64,000 nucleotides of DNA from Mitosporidium daphniae. Lineage: Eukaryota. The notes under the pieces were generated by a model. That model saw only the letters and a list, made by a program, of their open reading frames with translations, had not been told where the DNA came from and did not search any database. The translations under genes and the position numbers were made by a program. Below are positions 36,052 through 46,442 of the stretch, piece after piece; within the stretch, counting starts at the first letter, position 1, and each line of letters opens with the position of its first letter. The DNA lies in assembly GCF_000760515.2 (NCBI RefSeq), contig NW_013546700.1, forward strand, positions 1 to 64,000, written 5' to 3'.

Positions 36052-36908
36052 ATGACCGAAGACGTTTTTGAGTGTAGAGTGGAGTTTTCGCAACTGCTCT
36101 CACCGCTTCTTACCAGCAAAAAAACAATGTCACAGGCACTGGCGTATGCACTTTCACACTATTCCATTCACACAGAGCTTTTTGACGTCCTATTTTCGGA
36201 GCTGAGAGAGGTAAGCGGATAGGTGGATGATGCTCTATTTTCTTAGTCTGGACCCAGCTCGTCTCTGGCTGTAAAGAATTTGTACATTCTGCTTGAATTT
36301 ATCGTTATTTCTTCGCTTGTAAATGGATGGCCTGGATATCGAGATGCAATGGAGCTAAAGATGCCGGCCATCCTTGGTATTCTGTTCCATCCGCGCAGAC
36401 ATCTCGACTATCACATCGAGTATCTAACCAAGGTAATCATTTACAGCATGCCCTTCTTTCGACACATTAACACCGGTGTCTTTGCAACAGACAATACGCG
36501 CTTTCTACGTTCCCTTATTAATCGGTCTAGTTGTGCCGGCTTTTAGCTGAACGCAACATTTTCTCCACCAAAATATCGCTTGAAATGATCAAGCATGTCG
36601 ATACGTATTGCGCCAAGTAATTTTCTTTTTCTGTTTTTTCTAGCTGTACGCCCTCCAAGGACTATGACAAGCTTACCGGAGACAAATCCGAGCTTCAGGA
36701 ACGCTTCGAGGAAGAGCGGGAACTACAAAAGCGACTTAGGGACATATCATTTCGGATATCGCCTCCTCTGGCACAAGGGGCTCCAGACTGGCACCCTATT
36801 GATGTAATTATGAAAGGCATTGAGAACGATGCTCCCCTCTCCGCACTGGATGTTAAAATCCTGTCTGCAGACCTTCAAACGTGGCAAAACTGCAGACAAA
36901 ATAAATAA
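36052..36908 (+). CDS. CTK3: CTD kinase I gamma subunit (Ctk3-like), about 3 introns
   Basis: N-terminal DVFECRVEFSQLL..ELFDVLFSEL and C-terminal ERFEEERELQKRLRD. Confidence 0.75.
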
Positions 36909-36946
36909 CATAAAAACAGCTTGCAGGCATTTGATTATCGAGAAAT

Positions 36947-38576
36947 TTATTGCACTGCAGTGCTTTTAGGATGCTCCGGTACCAGATCCATCGACGTTGC
37001 AGGCATCAGGAATTCTAGCAAAAGCAAAAGGAAGTAGTCCAAAATAATGAGGAGGCAAAGCATCTTTCCGAACCACTTTCCGCATCCATAGTATCTGTGG
37101 TGAAGGACAATTGCATTCATCTAACCTTCTGAGCCGCTCAATAAGCGTGGTAGAATAAACGCTCTCTAACAGGCAACGATTATAGACTATCTCGGTCCTT
37201 TTGGCAACGTTGGACCAAGAATAGCATCTGGCTATCTCCCGGTGAAAGCTTAGCATATCAAATGGCGGCTTGTTGCCGTTTTCCCTAAACTTTGCTATCG
37301 CTTTGGAGAGCTCTGAAAGCAAATCTATGATGGAGTAAATGGCGAGCAAACAAACCGTCAACTTCTGGCTTGCACAGGTGGATCATATGCGAGGGCAGAA
37401 CTTCTGGAATTCCACCAACCTTTGTCGATACCACCAAAAGCCTATGGAAATAAATGGCACTGCAACACATACCCGCAAGAGGCGGCTTCTAAAATGGCAA
37501 TGCAAAAGGCCTCCGTAAGCGAAGTATTTAAGAAGATGTTTCCTTGGATCAAAACCTATGTTTTACGGATTGAAAGCCGTACCTCTCTCACCTGGTGGTG
37601 CTTGAAAGATCCCAGGAGCTGCACTCTACCATGCAGAAAGTGGCACTCGACCATTTGTTCCAAATCAATCTTCTTTGGCCCATCTCCGGCGATCAAAAAC
37701 TTCACATATGGAAAGGTGGTGCAAATCTTAGGGATGATTGCAAGCAGCAAGTCCATCCCCTTTCTATATACAAGACGAGATAAAATAACAATGGTGACTA
37801 AAAACAAGAAGTAAAGCGAAATGGTCTCAACTAAAATTTGGGTCTGATGCGTGCGGATCTGGCGTCAGATGTTCTGGAATGATAGCATTTGGAATTACAG
37901 AAACCCTGTGTGGATCCAATGCGGCTCGAAGAACCGTGTTCTCCTTGCTACGGTCAACGAGCCATTCAAACCTGGTATTGGACACACAAATGATATGGTC
38001 AATATCTGAAAGCGAAAACTTTAGACACTTGTTCATTAAAATCGAGCTGGTGTCTGCAAATCCAAACAGAGAATGGTCCGTAAAACATGTCTTGAGCCCC
38101 ATCGTTTTGGCATGCAGTATGGCCTCATAAGACAGGTTGGAAAATGCCTAAACTAAGCGTTGACACGCACCTGATGGCCATGCACAATGTTGATCTGCTC
38201 GCGAACAAAAATTGCTCGAAGCCTTGGAAAGAAGGCAAACACTGTTGGGAGCGTAGATTGGTTATAAACAATTGCACCAGGCAAGTAGTATGTCTTCAGG
38301 CCGTTTAGAAGGTATCTGATCCCAATCCTGGACCCATATGCATGTGTCACGATTACAATCAAAAAATGAACATCAGCAAGTATTACCTCGTCATTAGACA
38401 CCAACGGGTATTATTACCTTGTGGCCACGGGCAATTAGGCACTGGGCGAGACAGTACAGATGGGTCTCCACGCCCCCAATGTTGGGGTAAAAAAAATCAG
38501 ACACCATGCTAATGGATTGAGCATCAAAATGCCACCGTTACCAGATATTAAGCCTGGAGCATGCATTCTCGTGCAT
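36947..38576 (-). CDS. PIGA: Phosphatidylinositol N-acetylglucosaminyltransferase subunit A (PIG-A/Gpi3), many introns
   Basis: [48 protein letters not shown] and [14 protein letters not shown]. Confidence 0.97.
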
Positions 38577-38754
38577 TGCCCCAAAATTGCGCTGAGAAAT
38601 GGCCTTCAAATTAAAAAAATTGGACATCTTTTTCCCTCATTTACAGTAGCCAATTAGGAAATCCTAAATCCGGACATTGATGATTAGATGCGAACAGCAC
38701 GATGACCTAAAAGCTATGCACCATATAAGCAGAAATGCGTCTGGAATCATCTAG

Positions 38755-39492
38755 ATGCTTCCACCAACCACCAGATTGATTGCATTTTCAACACTCCTCA
38801 GCTTTGCTTCCCCGCTTGCGGAGAACCAAATCCCAACAACAGGTGTATGGGCATTCCACACGGAACCGATAAGCATTCTCACAAGGAATTTGGGCAAAGT
38901 CCCAGTATACCACACCCAGATGCCATCGTTTCCTATTGAAAACTCGGATCTTGAATTTCCATCAATAACCTCGCCAGTGGATAGCCTCGATGGCATCACA
39001 ACCATAATTCAGGCAACGACATCTGAGATCATCCTCAAGGCCACAAAAGTCAAAGGCTCATATAAGACCATTATTCAACTGCCCGCTCAACATCAATTGA
39101 TTGATGGATCACTTCCCTTCCAACAATGTAACCCTGATAATGAGATCGGTTTCTTGGTTGGTAATTGTGAAACACCTAGGACTGTCACTGCATTCATTCC
39201 AATCATCTTTTCACATGTCGATGATGTCCCTAAATCATTAATAGTGTCCACACTTGCTTTGTTTTCAGCGATTCCAGTGGAAAAAAATTCCCCAAACACC
39301 ATGATGGGCAAATCGTCTCCCTCAGCAGTTAAGCCAACAGCCATTAATTCATGCCCAATGGCTTCTGCCCTATTTTCGTCTTTGAACCCGATCCCCGCTA
39401 TGAATTCTGCTCAAATGGCGCCTAGATCAAATTCTTCCGGGTCCGAAAATCTTGCAAAGTCGCGTTCACTTCAGGTGTCATCTGTCTTTTAA
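38755..39492 (+). CDS. Orphan putative secreted protein (245 aa)
   Basis: Hydrophobic N-terminus (RLIAFSTLLSFASPLA), Ser/Thr/Pro-rich, intronless, with TATAAG about 30 nt upstream. Confidence 0.55.
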   Translation: MLPPTTRLIAFSTLLSFASPLAENQIPTTGVWAFHTEPISILTRNLGKVPVYHTQMPSFPIENSDLEFPSITSPVDSLDGITTIIQATTSEIILKATKVKGSYKTIIQLPAQHQLIDGSLPFQQCNPDNEIGFLVGNCETPRTVTAFIPIIFSHVDDVPKSLIVSTLALFSAIPVEKNSPNTMMGKSSPSAVKPTAINSCPMASALFSSLNPIPAMNSAQMAPRSNSSGSENLAKSRSLQVSSVF

Positions 39493-39634
39493 TGGTTCAA
39501 TTGCACTAATAAATGGTCAGAACACCGATTTTCAGGCCAACCTGTGCACCTGAAATGATGTGTAAAACAAAAAAGGGAGCAGATGCAAGTAATGCCTCTT
39601 AATTTAGTTGCTATTTATTGAAGATAGATACACA

Positions 39635-40892
39635 TTATTGGGATGTTGCAACCTGGGCACGGCATCCCAAAAACAGAATATTCTTGGGAAGTATCACAGG
39701 ATATGGCTCGGTGGTGCAACCTTGGACCTTAAAGTCTGCAAGTTTCTTTACACCCTAAACATTCGGTAATGACATCAGCAAACATACCAAGATGCTTCGC
39801 GCCAAATATGGCTGTGTAGATGTGGATGGCTCTTCCCATCCCACGGGAGGAGCGAAATCAACCTCTAAATCGGTGTCATTGATCTTAATAACAGAGTTTC
39901 CAGGTAGCGCTTCCAAAACCTCAAATGAGAGGCATTCCTCGCCAGAAAAGCCATCCGAGGCGATGGTAAATATGTCTCCCGGCGATAAGGTGTTGTAGTT
40001 TCGAAGGCCGTTTTCTAAGCTAATTAAAGGTAAATATCGGACTGCTTACACTCCCTTCGGATCCGTGAGCCCCAAAAATTCCACGCTCTGCGGCTGGATT
40101 TTGATAAACTTTCCCGTTGGGACGGCATCTGTGTCAACCCTTTCGATTTTGCATAGATCCCCAGACGACACTCCAAGTATTGAAAGTATCTATAAATAAA
40201 ACTCGGCCGTATTCTAACCCAATTTGGGAGATATACAATTCCTTCGGGTGCCGTAAATTCAAGTACCCCGCAATAGGTAAACTTTGAGGAATCTTGGGAA
40301 GAAATCTTGAAAATCATTGGCGAATTGTTTGCAGCAAAAGCCTCTTCATGTTCGCCTTCAAAAGAGGGCAAGAAAACATTTCTTTGGGTTTCTCTTAGTA
40401 TCTTTTCGAGCGAAGACGAGGGTAAAATAACTAGCCATTAAAAAAGCTCAAACCTTTTCCGCTCGTATTAAGCTGTGTTTTTTGCGACTCTGAGCGACGC
40501 ATCATTGAGCCCGGATAGACCCTTAAAATTTGGCTAAACAAAGCAGAAGGTGCTAATGGTCTAAAAACATCAGAAAGAGTTGCACTGATGTTTGAAAAGG
40601 CTGAAAAGCCTCTTCTCTCGTGACGAATATTATCCTCATCTTGTGACTCGTTCGCATTAGAAAAAAAAGAAGAAACATTGGGGAAAAGAACCTCAGAGGC
40701 TCTTCCCAAAAAACCCCGAAAAGTAGACGGCGCTATTTCAGGCAATTCTACATCTGAAGCGCCAGACTCTTCATTGTCGTCACTAAATGTAGATACGTTT
40801 TCTCCTGAAGACGAAGAGATCGACATGTAGTTCGAGTGTGCATCCGAATCAGACGAGTCCGATTGTGATTGATAAGGGCTTACACTGACCAT
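39635..40892 (-). CDS. UFD1: Ubiquitin fusion degradation protein Ufd1, with introns
   Basis: GK|VILPSSSL, TYCGVLEFTAPEGIVYLPNW, KIQPQS, DTDLEVDFAPPVGW and C-terminal ILPKNILFLG. Confidence 0.9.
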
Positions 40893-41061
40893 GTAGACTT
40901 GTAAATTTAAGGGGGCGACCACATTTATAACCTGCTTTTTGGGAAAATTTAATTGTAATTTTGTGGTGTCTAGATTTTGAAAATGGCCAAGTTTTGGTAT
41001 TCAGTTGGGCTATGCACAATCAAAAAATTGTGGAATACCGGCCTTTGACAAAGGCTCATTG

Positions 41062-42937
41062 ATGAGCTTGCTTTCGAGAAAGCCATTTCAACGTGTGTTT
41101 AGAAATTTATGTGTTTTGATGCTCACTATCTTTTTGTTTTACGTTTCATCGGTGGTTGTTAGCGTTGCAAACATGCCACGTGAAACGATTGAGCTTATAG
41201 CGACGTTGGGTCGATACACGATAAAAAATCAAAATATCGAAATACTCTCCGCATGCGTTGTGCTCTATAAGCCTATACTTGAACTTCTACCTGTTACCAT
41301 CGATGCCAGCGTAGATATTGCCACTAAAATTTTTTATAGCACGAATTATAAGTCTGATGATTGTGACCCATTTCTTTGTGTATGAGCATGCACCCAATGT
41401 TTGAAAATAAAATTATATAAGTTATCTCGTTCCCACTAGATTCGTCTCGGAGGAAAGGNCAATTGTATTAACTATTTGTCCGTTTAATTGGCTATTTTCG
41501 TGCTTAGTGAAAATAAATGGTCCAGTAGAAAAATTTACAAACAATTTACTAATGCCTTTGAAGATCGGAAAGACGTTGTTGTGACTCTGCGAATAGCCTT
41601 GGAAGTAGCGCAAATAAAAGTACCTGTGAATAGAGTCCACCCTGGCCTGCTTTTAATTGATTTGAATTTGCAGAGAATGCTTTATGCTGGCCAGCGACTA
41701 GGGAATCAGAACACACGTATGTGTTGTACCTGATGCGGCTTAAGAAGATTGATCAGATGATAGATATTGATGAATATTGAATGCATTTCGTTTACCCGTT
41801 CCTCGACCTAGAATAAATGCCACCAAAATACCCCTCCTATCAGATCGCAATAAGAGATACAGGGCGGGGAGCCGAGCCCCTGGATCAGATTTGTAAATTT
41901 ATCCAATAGATGGCGTGTAAGTCTAACCAGCTCATGACGAATATTTTGATCTAGAAATGATAAAATCTCCCCTACGTGGTATATCATTAGACGGTGGATG
42001 AAAGAGTACTTTGACCCCGGAGGACTCATCAANGGGATTGATGTCGTCTCTGCTCTACCGATGAGATGTAGCCGAGGCTCACCTTTCGAATCGTACGAAG
42101 GAGGTCGTCCAGTTTTTCAAAGTCCAGAGAGACCTCAGACACCTGGCTCGACATGTTCAATAATTAGCAAATTCTGGGTAGAAGCAACAAACGAAGAAAG
42201 AAAGAAAGAAAGGGAATTTATTTTAATTTTAAATTCAATTTGCAATGGGGGGCCTTCTTGGTTAGTGGGGCCATTTTTATCTCCCTATAGCACGGATCAA
42301 GAGGCTGCTGATAAATCCAGAAGTATTCCGGCGGAACAGCGAAATCATAAAAGAATATTCGAATACGTTTGCTTCCCAATTGCGACGTATATCTGGCACC
42401 TTGTTCATCGTTAGAATTCGAACGAGCAAAAGGAAAACTCTTCCAAGCATCGATTTTTGCATCTGCCGAGGTAATGGCCATTGTTGTCATCAAAGGATGC
42501 TCCGTTAATGCCTAGAATCAGGGCAATCGCACTCGATCGATCTTCATTTGTTCTTCCAGACGAATGCCATAGACGGAAAGCAACTCTTGTGGCAATCTCC
42601 TTCAGCGCCATGGGCTCAAATCATGTGGACAGCTTTGTCAATCCATTTGTTGCCACTAAGCGCCAAAGTTGTGTCGCTTGCTATCAAGTTTGTAAAATGG
42701 CTGATTGTAGGTGCGCGTGGTGGAAAATACCCTCTATGCTCTTCTGTGGCCATTGATCTGGTTATCAACCATGGATATCCCAAAACCAAGGCGAGTAAGT
42801 TTCGCCATCACTTACAAAGGCGTTTGTTACCAACTATTTTGGAGGCATGCAGAGCCAGGCCCACCAGTTGGGCGTACGAAATAGGATACCCGGCTATGTC
42901 TTTCTGGTTGACTCAGAGGGTACTCGTGACATTTTAA
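41062..42937 (+). CDS. Orphan multi-exon gene(s) with N-terminal TM segment; structure unresolved
   Basis: Chain of plus-strand ORF fragments separated by GTAT/GTAAG..AG segments; no family recognised; contains two N bases. Confidence 0.35.
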
Positions 42938-43267
42938 TTTGGCAGGCAAAATCAGATGGAAAGCTACGGGAGAGGCAACCAGGGCCGAAATAGAGCAGAT
43001 GTTTACGGTGTGTGATGGCCTTACAGCAAACAGACCGGAAAATTTGGAAACATAAATGCCACGATACCGCGATAAAGCAATCACATAAAAAGAGGCTACA
43101 TGATGAATATGGTGCACATCAGTTTTGTCTTAGGGGTCCTTTAAAAGCTTTCCGGGTGTAAGGCCATAGTAGTAGAGTCACCAAGTGATTGGACATTTCC
43201 CAATTTGGATTTTGCCCCATTTTGGATACTCCGTTTTCGTTGTGATAATCAGTTGCTTGGGATGGGC

Positions 43268-43275
43268 TATAAAAG
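43268..43275 (+). promoter_or_regulatory. Candidate TATA box
   Basis: TATAAAAG ending 23 nt before ATG 43299. Confidence 0.5.
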
Positions 43276-43298
43276 GAGAGCAACACGAGAAACCTCAC

Positions 43299-44138
43299 AT
43301 GGCAAAAATAGAGAAGCTTCTTACGGCCCTTCCACTGCTCATGCTGCTTGTCATTAGCATTAGTGCCCATGCCGGTTTCAATGGTTTGATATTCCCAAAA
43401 CCTCACCCGATAGATTATCAGTCCCAGTACCAAAGCCAGCCAATCCAGCCGATGGGAGATCAATCTCAGGCACAGCCAACCCAGGTCATTAATGACTCCT
43501 TTCAAACTTACCCGATGAAACAGGGCTACACATCCTCATGCTACACCACACAAACGGTCCTAGAGACACAAACATTCTATCAGACGATCACAAGCACCGA
43601 AATGGAAACGAAAACGTCGGTCGCTGTTTTCACTTCAGTTTTCTTCGAAACATCAACAGTCTCTGTGACGGTGACGGAAACGGACACAGAGACTTCGGTT
43701 GTCCCCATTTCAACGACCATTGAAGTTCCAACTACCACGATGATACCTGTAAGCATCCCCATCTCCCAAACGGTTCTACTGACAGAGAGCATCCCAGTCA
43801 CCGAAACTATCCCCATCACGACGGCTATTCCAATCACGGAGATAATTTCTGTGATGGCCTCCACATGCCCCGATGTCAGTCCGGTTTCTTCAACTGTTCC
43901 AAACGGACCTTTGGGCCCACAAGGAGGTCAAATCTACTTGAGTGGCTCAGCTCTGCCAACGATCCCTATTTCGCCCCAGGAAGTACCATATCAACATGCA
44001 CCTACGAGCGTACCAATGGGAGGCACGGACATGCCAACGACGCCCATTGACACGTTTGGCGGTCAGTTAACGATGCCCACGAGCGCCCCAAGCGGTCAGC
44101 CGACAGTGGCGTTACCCCCGCTCACGCCGCTAGTATGA
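43299..44138 (+). CDS. Secreted Thr/Pro/Val/Ile-rich (mucin- or adhesin-like) protein
   Basis: Clear signal peptide MAKIEKLLTALPLLMLLVISISAHA, Gln/Pro-rich segment, long Thr-rich tract and Pro-rich tail; intronless. Confidence 0.8.
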   Translation: MAKIEKLLTALPLLMLLVISISAHAGFNGLIFPKPHPIDYQSQYQSQPIQPMGDQSQAQPTQVINDSFQTYPMKQGYTSSCYTTQTVLETQTFYQTITSTEMETKTSVAVFTSVFFETSTVSVTVTETDTETSVVPISTTIEVPTTTMIPVSIPISQTVLLTESIPVTETIPITTAIPITEIISVMASTCPDVSPVSSTVPNGPLGPQGGQIYLSGSALPTIPISPQEVPYQHAPTSVPMGGTDMPTTPIDTFGGQLTMPTSAPSGQPTVALPPLTPLV

Positions 44139-44239
44139 GAGAACTTATTAATGCTGATGAATGAATGCAATAAATAAAATTTAAATTTTCATACTGGAGC
44201 GGTTACAGGAGCTGCGGGTCGGCATTTTTTCAAAACGAT

Positions 44240-46366
44240 ATGCTGACATCACTGCAGAGGCCGATCGTGGCAAGATTTGTCTCCTGCAGGCCCCAAATGG
44301 TTTGATATTAGTCCAACTAAAGCCTGGAACATCGCTTTCCGGCCCTCTGTTGATAGCGGAGGAACAGATCCTGAAGGGAACAGAGGCCATTCCGCTCACC
44401 GAATCAATTTCGTTCAAGTTGCCACCAGGAAAATATCGCGTTATCGAGGTACAGGGCCATCGTTTTGAGAGAAACAAAACCGACACGAGCATTGATTTTA
44501 CCGAGTGTACTCAAGCTACTGGCCCTATTGAGGACTCTCGTAATGACCTCACAAATGGAGATCAGCGGAATTATACCGGTGATCAAGGAAATGCCGCGGC
44601 ACAGGCGCAAAAACTTATGTACGTAGCGATAATTGCCGGGGACGGGTGGTCACTGGGCGAAAAACGGTCCCATGACGCTGAGTGCGATGAGCTGGCTTAA
44701 TTTGAAATAATAAATTTACAAGTGGAGCAAGATCCAGCGCATCGAGACCTGGACACGTTTGGAAGGTTGGTGTCTGTAGTTAATCGCAGTGATGTCGACT
44801 TGGGCTCCACTAAAAATATCGCTAAGGTCATCCCTGATGTGGGATTGTTCCAACAGGCCCTTGCAAGTTTATCATTTCTCGTTTATCGTAGATTTGGACC
44901 AGCATGCCATTTATATGGCGCCTGGGTTCAGTCTTTCTATGGCGCTGGCTGCTGCAACTTTAGGAGATCCTACTATGGATCCTGTGGTCATCGAGGTGCA
45001 GGAGCATGCCCGGCTATGCGCCGCGTTTGCGTATTTTGAAGCTTCCCATTTTCAGGGTAAAGCGTCCATACACGAAGCGGCAGCAAAATTGGTCGTCCAA
45101 ATGACGCTTTCTCACAGCCTTTTTTGCGCTCCTGATCTCGTTTTTCGATATTTTCTACAAAGAGAAAGTAGTTGCCCGGATATCCCCATATGGGCTCCCC
45201 TCTTCGCATCTGTTGGCGTGATTCTCTGGTTGGAGAAGAATGCCATTGAAGAGGCCCAAATATACCTCAGCGAGGAGATCTCTTTTTGGAAACGCGCATT
45301 TTTTATCTCATGGGATGTTCTGGTAGCGCTTTTGCGTCTGTGCAAAATCACTGTCGATGAACAATCCTCGGCTAGGGGCCGTCCAATTTTTCCTGAAAAT
45401 GCTGTCCGTAGTCTCCTGGGAATAAAAATAGGCTCTGGAAGGGCACTCTCCTTACTTTCAGAGTGGATTTCGCTGCTACTCAACATCACCGGGGAAGCGG
45501 GAATCTCTTCTCATAATTTTGAGATCAATGCACCTGCCTGTACCCCGGATGCAGACTCTTCAAGTGTATTACCATGTGCAAGTGTCTCAAATCTTTACAC
45601 GAACCATAAAACCTTCGATATTGATCTTGGTTTTTCAGAAGATCATCCTGAACAGCCATTGCGGGCACTGATGGACGCATTAAGGGGCGAGCGAGCGGTA
45701 AACCCCTTGACCACTTGTGGGATGGATGCTATTATACGAGCAAAGCTAGAAACATTGGTCCAACTTTCGGAAAGCCCAATTAACTTGGCGAAAGCGCCAT
45801 GGTTTCCCTTTTGTTTTTCTGACCAGTCGCTATGTGCGTTATCTTCCTCTCCGGCCTACGATTTGCCGACGCGGTCTCTGCTTTATCTTATATTATTAAA
45901 ACTGGGAAGTGTGCTCCCCAGCGTTGAGAAGGAAATCCTTACGATTTATTGCATCCAAGAGTCAAAGCGTGTCCGTTTGTTAGCCAAGTTTTTACAGGCG
46001 AACTATAAAGGCGATTCATGGATTTGGGAAATGGTGGCTCTTGACTTTTTCCGTACGTTTGTTAGGCTTGGGATTGTCAAGGGCACCGATTCACCATATC
46101 GCAACAAATACGCACGAAGCGTCTTTCTCAAGCTGAAGCGCATGGATTCAGTCTTTTTTTGCAACAGCAATGATATGCCATCGATTCAGGGCAGTGCCAC
46201 CTCTACTTTGATTGGAGAATGTGAAAGCAAAAAAGATCTTCGAGAGGTAAACAGAGTTGAGCCGCAGTCCAACTTGCACACGATTTTGTCGACCATTGGA
46301 TACTTAGAAGACAGAGCTCAAGTTTTCCTTGCTCGTAAATACCCAATACAAACTAGAGCCTGTTGA
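44240..46366 (+). CDS. Hypothetical protein; long 3' exon (44789-46366) is solid, 5' exons unresolved
   Basis: 525-codon open frame plus upstream ORF fragments with splice-like signals. Confidence 0.5.
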
Positions 46367-46442
46367 TTTTACACTAAGAGAAAATTTATTACTGGCTGCT
46401 AACACCTTCACTGTTGGGAATGATGTAGTGGGCAAGAGGCGC

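Noticed and set aside
44635..44696. Hammerhead, twister, HDV ribozyme or TPP riboswitch identity for the GC-rich element
   Set aside because: Catalytic or aptamer consensus motifs are incomplete (no CTGANGA core, no TCCCAAGC, no CTGAGA plus ACCTGA); kept only as an unclassified structure.
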